Source: Chloroflexota bacterium
Lineage (GTDB): Bacteria > Chloroflexota > JAJPGV01
DNA length: 64,000 bases
Direction of reading: 5' to 3'
Assembly (NCBI GenBank): GCA_050695655.1
Contig: JBOGTU010000077.1
Location: 20,397 to 84,396 of the forward strand
Of this stretch, positions 30,079 through 38,907 are shown piece after piece (the first letter of the stretch is position 1; each line of letters begins with the position of its first letter). The notes beneath the pieces were generated by a model. That model saw only the letters and a list, made by a program, of their open reading frames with translations. It was not told where the DNA came from and did no database searches. Both the position numbers and the translations under genes were made by a program.

Positions 30079-32467
30079 GCCGTTCGAGGTGGGCGAAGGC
30101 GGCGGCCAGCTTTTTCACGCCATGGCCCTCGAAGGCCACCGTCACATTCTCGTCGCCATTCTCCAGGTCACTGCGCACCACCACGCCCTGCCCGAACTTG
30201 GCGTGGCTGACTTTGAGGCCGGCATGAAAGTTTTTCGTACCGGTCGCAGCAGCCGCGGGTGCCGCGCTGCCCGCCTGCACCTCCCAGTGGTGGCGCGCAC
30301 CGGTTTGGTTGTGCCCGCCGGGGCGCAGCAGCTCGCCCTGCGCCCAATGTGAGCTGCCGGACCAGCGCGCGGCCGCGCCGTACTCCCGCGTGCGCTGGTC
30401 CGGCGGGGCAGTGCCGCGCTCCGCACCGAAAAGCTGGAGCAACCCCGGCGGAATGGTGGCCAGAAAGCGGGAAGGGTGCGTGTCGATCATGCGCCAGCGC
30501 GTGCGGTCCGCACCTACCTCTAGGGGCATGCCCCACTGCGCGCGGGTTTCGGCATGCACCAGGTAAAGCTGGAGCTTGGCGCGCGTCATGGCGACATAGC
30601 ACAGCCGCCGCTCCTCCTCCATTTGCGCGGGATCGTCCTCCGCGCGCCGGTGGGGGAAGAGGCCCTCGGTCATGCCCACGATGAACACAATGGGGAACTC
30701 CAGCCCTTTAGCCGCGTGCATGGTGATGAGGGTCACCTGGTCGCCATCGTCCACGAGGCCGTCCTGATCGGAGCTGAGCGTCACCTCGTCCAGGAAGCGG
30801 GCAAGCTGATCGCGCGGCGGCTGCGACGGATCGACAGCGGTTTGCGCCGCGTGCCGCTCCAGCTCGGCCACGTTCTCGCAGCGATCCTGGCCCTGCAGTG
30901 AGTCGTCTCCGTTCAGCTGGGCGCGGTAGCCGGTCTCGTCCAAGACAGCTTCCAGTAGGGCCGTGAGGGGCAGCAGCTGGCTTGCCTCCCTGAGTCCCTG
31001 CACCGTCCTTCGAAAGGCGCCGAAGCTGGCGGCAGCGCGCGGGGTAAGCCCGCGCACCTCCTCGATCTGCTCCAGCGCCTGCCACAGCGTGGCGCTGCGA
31101 ATGGTGGCGAAGGCCTGCAGGAGCTCCATCGACTTGTCGCCCAGGCCGCGCGCGGGCACGTTCACCACTCTGCGCAGGCTGGCATCGTCGGCGGGGTTGG
31201 CGATGAGGCGCAGGTAGGCGAGCACGTCCTTCACTTCGGCCCGATCGTAAAATTTGAGGCCGGCCACCACCTGGTACCTCAGCGCGGCCTCGCTCATGGC
31301 GCGCTCCACCAGGCGCGACTGCGCGTTGGTGCGATACAGCACGGCGCAATCCCGAGCTTGGGCCTGGCCCCGGCCAACCAGCCGCCGAATCTCACGGGCC
31401 ACGAAATTGGCCTCTTCGATGTCCGTGGGCATGCGGTGCACCGCCGCCCGGGTGCCCTTGCCGTTGGCGGTCCACAGCTGCTTGTCCGTGCGGGCGTAGT
31501 TCTGGCTCACCACCGAGTGCGCCACGTCGAGAATGGTCTGCGTGGAGCGATAGTTCTGCTCCAGCTTGATGACTTTGGTTTCTGGATAGTCCTTGGTGAA
31601 GTCCAGGATGTTACGGATGTCCGCGCCGCGCCAGGAGTAGATGCTCTGGTCGTCGTCACCCACCACGCAGATGTTGTGGTGCTCGCGCGCAAGCAACTTG
31701 GTGAACAGATATTGCACGTGGTTCGTGTCCTGGTACTCATCCACCAGCACGTAGTGCCAGCGTTCCTGGTAGTGCCGCAGCGTGTCCGGCGACTCGCGAA
31801 AGAGGCGGACGGGAAAGGTGAGCAGATCGTCAAAGTCGAGCGAGTTGTTGAGGCGAAGTCGCTGCTGATAGGTCTGGTAGACCTGCGCCGCGATCTTCTC
31901 CAGGTAGCTTGAGGCGCGATCTGCCAGCTCGCCCGGCTCGACAAGTTCATTCTTGGCGTGGGAGATGCGCGCCAGGATGGCCGCCGGCGCGATGCGCTGC
32001 TCGTCGATGTCCTGCTCGCGGCAGATGACGCGCACCAGCGTGTGCTGCTGGCTATCGTCGGCGATGGTGAAGGCGCGGTCCCAGCCCAGCTTGTCCACGT
32101 CGCGCCGGAGCAGCCGCGCGGCCATGGAGTGGAAAGTGCCGATGCTCATGGAGTACGGCACCTCGCCCACCAACTGCTCCACGCGCTCTTTCATTTCGTG
32201 AGCTGCCTTATTGGTGAACGTCACCGCCAGAATGCTGCCGGGGTTGACGCCGCAATCGCGGATGAGGTGGGCGATGCGATAGGTGAGCACGCGCGTCTTG
32301 CCGGAGCCCGCGCCAGCCAGGATGAGCACGGGGCCGGCGACGGTTTCCACTGCCTGCCGCTGCTCAGGGTTTAGATCATCAAGCAGTGATCGATCCACCT
32401 TGGGCGAAGTATACGGCGCGGCCTTAGGCTGGCCCCAGCAAGCGTAGCGGCGCCATCGCGGCGCCAT
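30071..32467 (-). CDS. pcrA: ATP-dependent DNA helicase PcrA/UvrD family (with C-terminal Tudor-like domain)
   Basis: ILAGAGSGKT Walker A, TFTNKAA, DEYQDTN and helicase motifs III-VI. The start is probably internal (GTG 32398, VDRSLLDDLNPEQ). Confidence 0.85.
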   Translation of the reverse strand: MAPRWRRYACWGQPKAAPYTSPKVDRSLLDDLNPEQRQAVETVAGPVLILAGAGSGKTRVLTYRIAHLIRDCGVNPGSILAVTFTNKAAHEMKERVEQLVGEVPYSMSIGTFHSMAARLLRRDVDKLGWDRAFTIADDSQQHTLVRVICREQDIDEQRIAPAAILARISHAKNELVEPGELADRASSYLEKIAAQVYQTYQQRLRLNNSLDFDDLLTFPVRLFRESPDTLRHYQERWHYVLVDEYQDTNHVQYLFTKLLAREHHNICVVGDDDQSIYSWRGADIRNILDFTKDYPETKVIKLEQNYRSTQTILDVAHSVVSQNYARTDKQLWTANGKGTRAAVHRMPTDIEEANFVAREIRRLVGRGQAQARDCAVLYRTNAQSRLVERAMSEAALRYQVVAGLKFYDRAEVKDVLAYLRLIANPADDASLRRVVNVPARGLGDKSMELLQAFATIRSATLWQALEQIEEVRGLTPRAAASFGAFRRTVQGLREASQLLPLTALLEAVLDETGYRAQLNGDDSLQGQDRCENVAELERHAAQTAVDPSQPPRDQLARFLDEVTLSSDQDGLVDDGDQVTLITMHAAKGLEFPIVFIVGMTEGLFPHRRAEDDPAQMEEERRLCYVAMTRAKLQLYLVHAETRAQWGMPLEVGADRTRWRMIDTHPSRFLATIPPGLLQLFGAERGTAPPDQRTREYGAAARWSGSSHWAQGELLRPGGHNQTGARHHWEVQAGSAAPAAAATGTKNFHAGLKVSHAKFGQGVVVRSDLENGDENVTVAFEGHGVKKLAAAFAHLERLG

Positions 32468-32638
32468 CGCGGCGAGATCTCCAGTGCCCTCGCGCCTGCC
32501 AGTCCACCGATGCGGCCAGGCCAGTGCGCCGTAGGACCAGCGCGCCGTGGCCGGCCTGCCAATACGGTTCCCCCGTTTGGCCTACCGGCTGCTGGGAGCA
32601 GGCAGCCGAGCGCGAGCGAGGGGTACACTAACCGCGCC

Positions 32639-34048
32639 ATGGTTGGTGAAGGGATGCAGGGCGGCCGGCCTTCTATTGAGGCCGCACCGAAGGTCACGAT
32701 CGCGAACGACGGCAGCACGGCCTTTCTGACGGTGCCACGCTCCGAGGAACCCTTCTCGGACGAGGCCATCAAGCAGCTCCTGGAAGCTGCCGGCGTGGCT
32801 CACGGCGTGGATTGGCCGCAGCTGTCGCTGCTGCTGGCCAAGAATCTGGGCGGCGAAATGGTGCCCGTGGCACACGCGACGCCGCCCACGCCAGGGATTG
32901 ACGCGCGCATTGAGTACCTGTTCGATACCAGCTCCGGTCAGCTGAAGGAACGCGCCGGCCGCGTGGACTGGCGCGAGCTGAACCTGGTGACATCGGTGCA
33001 GGAGGGCAGCGCCGTAGCGCGCAAGCACCCAGCCCAGCCGGGAACGCCGGGCACCAATGTGCGTGGCCAGCCACTGAACGCCAAGCCGCCAAGGGACGTT
33101 CGAGTGGCACTGGGTCCCGGCACGGTCTTGGCCCCGGACGATCCCAACACCGTGCTGGCGGCTGTGTCCGGCGCGATTCGAGTGGACTCCACGGGCCGAG
33201 TGACGGTGGATAACACCTACGTGGTCAAAGGCGACGTCGACCTTGCAAGTGGCAACGTTGACTTTGTGGGCAGCGTGGTCATCCAGGGCGACATCAAGCG
33301 CGGCTTCGTGGTGAAAGCAACGGGCGACATCGAGGTGAAGGGCGCTGTTGAAGAGGCCACCATCATTGCCCAGGGCAGCGTCGTCGTGCAGGGTGGCATC
33401 CTGGGCGGGTCCACCACGCCCGTGCAGGCCGCGCAGGACATTCTGGCGCGCTTCGCGAACAACGCCGTGTTGCGCGCCGGGCACGATGTGGTGCTGGGGC
33501 AGGAGGCGCTCAACTGCGACATCGAAGCGGAGGGGCGGGTGGTCGTCGGCGGCAATCCCCCGAGCAAAGGCGCGGTGATGGGTGGCAGCATCCGCGCCGC
33601 GCAGGAAATCGCCGTGTACAACGTGGGGTCCTCAGGCGGGCAAACCACCAAGCTGCGAGTGGGCTACGACTGGCTGCTGCCGCGCAAGCTGCATTCGCTG
33701 GAGCACGAGATTCAGGACCGCAAGACTCAGCTGGAAAAGCTTCAAACGGGCATGAGCATGCTGATGGAGCGAGGCCAGGCCGACCTCACGCCCGAGCAGC
33801 GGCTGATGCTGGAGAAGCTGCGCCTCACCAGTGAGGCTGAGCGGCTCACCCTGCACGCGCTGGAGAACCGGCGCACCACGTGGATGAAGGTCGCCTCTGC
33901 AGCCTCGGGCGTTTCGGTCTACGGCACTGTCCACTCCGGTACGGATATCACGGTGGATGGCAAGAACCGCACCCTAGTGGATGATCGCGTCAAAGAGCGC
34001 TTCGTCGCCGAAGGCGGAGTGGTGATCGGCGTGCCGGTAAGGCTGTAG
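32639..34048 (+). CDS. FapA/DUF342 family protein (flagellar-assembly-protein-A-like beta-solenoid)
   Basis: Repeated G.V.F.GSVVIQGDI.RGF.V.A.GDIEV.G.V beta-helix repeats and a coiled-coil segment typical of DUF342. Start refined to ATG 32639 (MVGEGMQGG). Confidence 0.7.
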   Translation: MVGEGMQGGRPSIEAAPKVTIANDGSTAFLTVPRSEEPFSDEAIKQLLEAAGVAHGVDWPQLSLLLAKNLGGEMVPVAHATPPTPGIDARIEYLFDTSSGQLKERAGRVDWRELNLVTSVQEGSAVARKHPAQPGTPGTNVRGQPLNAKPPRDVRVALGPGTVLAPDDPNTVLAAVSGAIRVDSTGRVTVDNTYVVKGDVDLASGNVDFVGSVVIQGDIKRGFVVKATGDIEVKGAVEEATIIAQGSVVVQGGILGGSTTPVQAAQDILARFANNAVLRAGHDVVLGQEALNCDIEAEGRVVVGGNPPSKGAVMGGSIRAAQEIAVYNVGSSGGQTTKLRVGYDWLLPRKLHSLEHEIQDRKTQLEKLQTGMSMLMERGQADLTPEQRLMLEKLRLTSEAERLTLHALENRRTTWMKVASAASGVSVYGTVHSGTDITVDGKNRTLVDDRVKERFVAEGGVVIGVPVRL

Positions 34049-34131
34049 GCCGCCCCAGGCAAACCATTGTCTCGCCTTCACAGGGATGACGCCGCCGGAT
34101 TTCGTTGCCTGGTGAGGGCTGGCCAGCCTTC

Positions 34132-35748
34132 TCAGCTTGGCCCCTCGCGCGGGTTCTCCGTTGTTCGCGGGGTCAGGGGGCGGCTGGCTGGGTGCTCGGG
34201 CAGCGCGATGACGCGCGGGTCCTGGCCGCGGAAGTGGTTGGTCCAGGAGCAGGTGCCGCGGGTGCCGGGCACCGGCGGCACGAGCAGCGCCTCCAGCTCG
34301 GCCGTGCTGCTGAGGGCTTTGCTGAGGCGGTAGCGCTGGTTGTGGATGCACTCGCGGTCGCCGAACTCGCAGCGGTTGTTGCTGGTGCCGCCGCAGGGGC
34401 CGTTGGCCAGCCCCTTGGGGCACGTTTCCGGGCATACGTACTGGGTGTAGGGCAGGCGGCAGAAGCCGCAGCTGCGGCAGCCGACCAGGGGCTCTTTGGT
34501 GGTTTGCTCCAAGCGCAGCAGGGCGCGGTCCAGCACGGGGATGTGCCCCACCGAGAGCAGGCGCATCACGCCGGCCGCGGGCGCACGGTCCTGAAAGATG
34601 GCGCGATCGATCGCGTCCAGGAAGTGGAATTTGGCCTGGCCGCCGAAGCCGGCCTTCGCGGTGGAATCCACCTGCGCCCGCGGTCCGCTGAGCACCGCGC
34701 CCGCCTCGGCCAGATAGAAGCCGCCGGCTGGCGCGGTGGCGGCTACGCGGCCATCGTGTAAGCGCAGCGCCGCGTCCCACGCCTCCTGCCAGCTCGGCAG
34801 GTCGGGCAGGCTGGCCCGCAGCTCGGCCGCGGTGTCCAGCAGCTCCCGCGCGCCGGCCACCGTGTGCACGCCCGTGAGCTGCACGCCGGAGTAGCCAGCC
34901 AGCTCCAGGCCTACCATCTGAAGCGCTAAGCGGCGCCGGCGTGCCGCGCGCCCACCATCGGGCGCCTCTGCCTCCTCACCGCTCAGCCGCAGCAGATCGT
35001 CCGTCAGGCTCACGCCGGGTGCGCCGCCGGCGCGAATCCAGCGGGCGGTCCGTGGCGAGGGAGAGAGGATGGCCGCCAGCAGCGGCACGCCCGGCAGGCG
35101 CAGACGCGCCACCTCCAACAGTTCGCGATGCTTGGCGAAGTCCAGCCCGATCTGGGCGATGATGAAGTCCGCTCCGGCGCGAACTTTTTTGGCCATCTTG
35201 AAGTACTGGTTGAAGAGCTCTTCCTCGCGGTACTTGAAGCTGCTCACCACGGCGCCCACGTGCAGCCCCGCCTGGTCGCGCTTGGCCTGCGCCACCACGT
35301 TCACGGCGTCCAGGTACTCCACCTGGCGGTCACCTCGGTCGCGCTCCACGCGATCGCCAGTGATGGCCAGCAGGTTCTCCAGCCCCGCGGTCGCCAGGGC
35401 CTCCAGCGAGCGCTCCAGATCATCCGGCGTGCGATCCTTGCCCGCCCAGTGCACCAGAGGCTGCACGCCGCAGCGCTGCGCCACCCAGGCGGCCGTGGCA
35501 ACAGGATCGTGATCGCTATCGGACTTCACGCGATCGGTCACCGCCACGGCGGCGATCCGCTCGTCGCCGCCCATCGCGGTGGCGAACTCATGGAAAGGCT
35601 TCAGGGCCTCCGCCAGCGGCCGGTCGGCGCGCGGTGTCACCAGCTCCACGTTCACCGCGAACTGCCCGGCGGCGAGGCGCTGCCGGAAACGGTTCACCCA
35701 GCCACCGGCACTCGGGCTGGCTGGCTGCGTGCCCGACAGTTCAAGCAC
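34132..35748 (-). CDS. Methylenetetrahydrofolate reductase family protein with C-terminal Cys-rich zinc-ribbon (MTHFR_C-like) domain
   Basis: N-terminal TIM-barrel MetF-like region (FAVNVELVTPR...AITGD...). C-terminal CRSCGFCRLPYTQYVCPETCPKGLANGPCGG cysteine cluster. Confidence 0.65.
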   Translation of the reverse strand: MLELSGTQPASPSAGGWVNRFRQRLAAGQFAVNVELVTPRADRPLAEALKPFHEFATAMGGDERIAAVAVTDRVKSDSDHDPVATAAWVAQRCGVQPLVHWAGKDRTPDDLERSLEALATAGLENLLAITGDRVERDRGDRQVEYLDAVNVVAQAKRDQAGLHVGAVVSSFKYREEELFNQYFKMAKKVRAGADFIIAQIGLDFAKHRELLEVARLRLPGVPLLAAILSPSPRTARWIRAGGAPGVSLTDDLLRLSGEEAEAPDGGRAARRRRLALQMVGLELAGYSGVQLTGVHTVAGARELLDTAAELRASLPDLPSWQEAWDAALRLHDGRVAATAPAGGFYLAEAGAVLSGPRAQVDSTAKAGFGGQAKFHFLDAIDRAIFQDRAPAAGVMRLLSVGHIPVLDRALLRLEQTTKEPLVGCRSCGFCRLPYTQYVCPETCPKGLANGPCGGTSNNRCEFGDRECIHNQRYRLSKALSSTAELEALLVPPVPGTRGTCSWTNHFRGQDPRVIALPEHPASRPLTPRTTENPREGPS

Positions 35749-35861
35749 GGCTTCTACTCTGACGGAGCCACGCCATTAACGCAAATTACAGTTATCGCCC
35801 AAATCCAGTAGATAGAGCTGATGCCGCAGTCGCTAACGATAAATTCGTTTACACTAGAAGG

Positions 35862-37412
35862 ATGAAACAGTCGCAAAATCCTGCCGAACGAATCATCCGC
35901 CGCTTTGGCGGGCAGAGCTCCCTGGCGACGTTGCTGGGAAAACGCCAGAGCACTGTGCAGCACTGGGCATCTACCGGGCGCATTCCGGCGCAGTGGCACC
36001 AGCCACTGATCGCACTCGCCCGCCGGCAGGCCATTGCGCTTGAGGCCAAGGACTTTGTTGAGGCCGCGGCGCCCTCTATCGCGCCGGCTGAGGGGCGGCT
36101 GGGTGTGCTGCTGGTAGGTTTGGGCGCGGTTGCGTCCACACTCATCGCTGGGGTAGAGCACGTCAGGCGGGGCACAGGTGTGCCGGTGGGCTCGCTCACG
36201 CAGATGGGCACTATTCGCCTGGGCCGGCGCGACGAGAAGCGCAGCCCCTACATCAAGGATTTCGTGCCGCTGGCCTCGCTGGATCAGCTGGTCTTCGGCG
36301 CCTGGGACCCCTTCCCGGATAACGCCTACCAGGCCGCTGTCAAGGCGGGGGTACTGGACCGCCACAAGCACATCGAGCCCATCGGCGGTGCGCTGAAGGA
36401 GATCGAACCCATGGCCGCCGTGTTCGATCAGCACTACGTGAAGCGCTTGAACGGCAGCAACGTGAAGCCCGCCAGGTCCAAGCGAGAGCAGGTGGAGAGC
36501 ATCCGCAAGGACATCCGCGACTTTCAAGACATCAATGGCTGCAGCCGGTTGGTGATGGTATGGTGCGCCTCTACCGAAATCTTCCTTGAGCCGGGCCCAC
36601 AGCACCAGACGCTGGCCGCTTTCGAGGAGGCGCTGGCCAGGGACGATCCAGCTATCGCTCCCTCCATGCTCTACGCGTACGCCGCGCTGCAGGAAGGTGT
36701 CCCCTTTGCCAACGGCGCCCCCAACCTGACGGTGGACATTCCAGCGCTGGTGTCGCTCGCGACGAGCAGAGGCCTGCCCGTGATGGGCAAGGACTTCAAA
36801 ACCGGCCAAACGCTGATGAAGACGGTCATCTCGCCCATGCTCAAGGCCCGTATGCTTGGGCTGCGCGGCTGGTACTCCACCAATATCCTGGGTAACCGCG
36901 ACGGCGAAGTGCTGGATGACCCCGAGAGCTTCCGCACCAAGGAGGAATCGAAGCTGGGCGTCCTGGAGCACATTCTGCAGCCGGCGCTGTATCCCGAACT
37001 GTACGGCGACGTCTACCACAAGGTGCGCATCAACTACTATCCGCCCAGCGGCGACAGCAAAGAGGGCTGGGACAACGTGGACATCTTCGGCTGGCTGGGC
37101 TATCCCATGCAGATCAAGATCGACTTCATGTGCCGCGACTCCATCCTCGCCGCGCCGCTGGCCCTGGACCTGGCGCTGTTCATGGACCTGGCGCACCGCG
37201 CCGGGATGAGCGGCATCCAGGAGTGGCTGTCGTTCTACTTCAAGAGCCCGCAGCATCCGCCCTCGGTGTACCCGGAACACGACCTGTTCATCCAGCAGAC
37301 CAAACTCAAGAACACCCTGCGCTGGCTCATGGGTGAGGAGCAGATCACGCACCTAGGCCTGGAATACGCCCAGGAATCCGCCAACGCTGAGGAGCTGGCC
37401 GCCAGCGCGTAG
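35862..37412 (+). CDS. ino1: myo-Inositol-1-phosphate synthase with an in-frame N-terminal Cro/YdaS-like helix-turn-helix extension
   Basis: The MIPS core runs from RLGVLLVGLGAVASTLIAGV (NAD-binding) to the C-terminus. The first ~65 aa (GGQSSLATLLGKRQSTVQHWASTGRIPAQWHQPLIALARRQ) match the YdaS/Cro HTH pattern. No in-frame stop or canonical internal start separates the two parts. Confidence 0.75.
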   Translation: MKQSQNPAERIIRRFGGQSSLATLLGKRQSTVQHWASTGRIPAQWHQPLIALARRQAIALEAKDFVEAAAPSIAPAEGRLGVLLVGLGAVASTLIAGVEHVRRGTGVPVGSLTQMGTIRLGRRDEKRSPYIKDFVPLASLDQLVFGAWDPFPDNAYQAAVKAGVLDRHKHIEPIGGALKEIEPMAAVFDQHYVKRLNGSNVKPARSKREQVESIRKDIRDFQDINGCSRLVMVWCASTEIFLEPGPQHQTLAAFEEALARDDPAIAPSMLYAYAALQEGVPFANGAPNLTVDIPALVSLATSRGLPVMGKDFKTGQTLMKTVISPMLKARMLGLRGWYSTNILGNRDGEVLDDPESFRTKEESKLGVLEHILQPALYPELYGDVYHKVRINYYPPSGDSKEGWDNVDIFGWLGYPMQIKIDFMCRDSILAAPLALDLALFMDLAHRAGMSGIQEWLSFYFKSPQHPPSVYPEHDLFIQQTKLKNTLRWLMGEEQITHLGLEYAQESANAEELAASA

Positions 37413-37465
37413 CCGCCCTGGTGGCGCAAGATGCCCCGTCGCCCGCGGGCGGGTTACGCTGCCCC

Positions 37466-37497
37466 CTCTCCCGTCCGCCCATGGGCGGATGGGAGAG
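37466..37497 (+). terminator. Near-perfect 32-nt palindrome (stem ~14 bp) downstream of ino1; likely intrinsic terminator lacking a U-tract
   Basis: CTCTCCCGTCCGCCCATGGGCGGATGGGAGAG, 50 nt after the ino1 stop. Preceded by a 12-bp perfect palindrome CGCCCGCGGGCG. Confidence 0.4.
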
Positions 37498-37616
37498 TGC
37501 AGGGGTGAGGGCCGTGACCACCGTTTCCAGAAGGAGTCGCACGCTCGCAGAGGTGACGCAAAGCGCACAAGTTTTGTGCCGTAAGCGGAGCTGGCACACC
37601 TGGCCCGCAATCTATC

Positions 37617-38639
37617 ATGGTGCGCATGAGAGCGGTTGTGCTGGATGAATCCGGCGTGCACGTGGCGGAGCTGCCGCGCCCGGACATTTCGCCGGGCGAG
37701 GTCCTGGTGCGCGTCCATGCCTGCGGGGTAAACCGGCTGGATCTCCTGATCCGCGACGGACGCACGGCCAAGCCGCGCTTTCCGCACGTGCTCGGGTCAG
37801 AGGCGGCAGGTGTGGTGGAGGCCAGCGAGAGCAACCTGCCCGCGGCCAAGGTGGGCACGCGCGTGGCCATTGCGCCCTACCTGAGCGATCACCAGTGCGA
37901 GTTTTGCTTGCGGGGCGAAGAAGCGATTTGCCTGCGAGGCGACATCCTTGGTTTGGCGCGTGATGGAGGCTACGCGGAATACGTGGCCGTGCCCGCGTCA
38001 GCCCTGGTGCCGCTGCCGGATGAGGTGAGCTACGACGCGGCGGCAGCCGTGGGGCTGGCAACCATCACCGCCTGGCACATGCTGGTGCAGCGTGCACAGC
38101 TGCGCCCCGGCGAGACGGTGCTGGTGATCGGCGCCAGCGGCGGCGTAGGCTCGGCCGCCGTGCAGGTGGCCAAGCTGGCCGGCGCTCGTGTGATTGCCAC
38201 CGCCGGCAGCGCGGACAAGCTGCGCCAGGCGCAAGACCTCGGTGCCGACGTCACTATCAACTATCGCGATCAGGACTACGTGCAGGAGGTGCGGGCCCTC
38301 ACCGGCAAGCGCGGGGTGGATGTCGTGGTGGAGCACGTGGGCGAGGAAACGTGGGAGAAGAGCGTGGCCTGCCTGGCGCGCATGGGCCGGCTGGTCACCT
38401 GCGGCTCCATGACCGGTGACAACGGCCGCCTCAACCTGTGGAGCCTGTTCGCCAAGGAGATCAGCATCATCGGCTCCTACGGCGGCAGCCGCGCCGACCT
38501 CACCGCCGTGCTGCAACTGGTCGCCCAAGGCCGCCTGCGGCCCGTAATCCACTCCAGCTGCGGTCTGGAGGGCGTCCCCGAAGCCCACCACACCATGGAA
38601 TCCCGCGAGCACTTTGGCAAGCTGATCGTGAACCCCTGA
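37617..38639 (+). CDS. Zinc-binding alcohol dehydrogenase / quinone oxidoreductase family protein
   Basis: MDR superfamily: GEVLVRVHACGVNRLD and Rossmann GASGGVGSAAVQ. Confidence 0.8.
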   Translation: MVRMRAVVLDESGVHVAELPRPDISPGEVLVRVHACGVNRLDLLIRDGRTAKPRFPHVLGSEAAGVVEASESNLPAAKVGTRVAIAPYLSDHQCEFCLRGEEAICLRGDILGLARDGGYAEYVAVPASALVPLPDEVSYDAAAAVGLATITAWHMLVQRAQLRPGETVLVIGASGGVGSAAVQVAKLAGARVIATAGSADKLRQAQDLGADVTINYRDQDYVQEVRALTGKRGVDVVVEHVGEETWEKSVACLARMGRLVTCGSMTGDNGRLNLWSLFAKEISIIGSYGGSRADLTAVLQLVAQGRLRPVIHSSCGLEGVPEAHHTMESREHFGKLIVNP

Positions 38640-38907
38640 GCGCGGATCTGCCAGGTGTTGCGCTGCTTGAGGCACGGCACCGATGTTGCTTGCCACTGGG
38701 TGAGCGCCGACCGCTGGGTCCAACAGCTGATTGGCGGCCGCCCCAGCCGCGAGGCAATGCCGCAACTCGGACAGCAAGGCGCCTGGCGGGACTTCTTCGG
38801 TTTTATGGCTCCGAGTTTCCCGAAGAAGCGGCTGCCGCCTGGCCCATGGATACCGATGGCCGGCGCTTCGCATGGTAGCCCAGCCCGCCAGGGGCGCTCT
38901 CGCGCGA

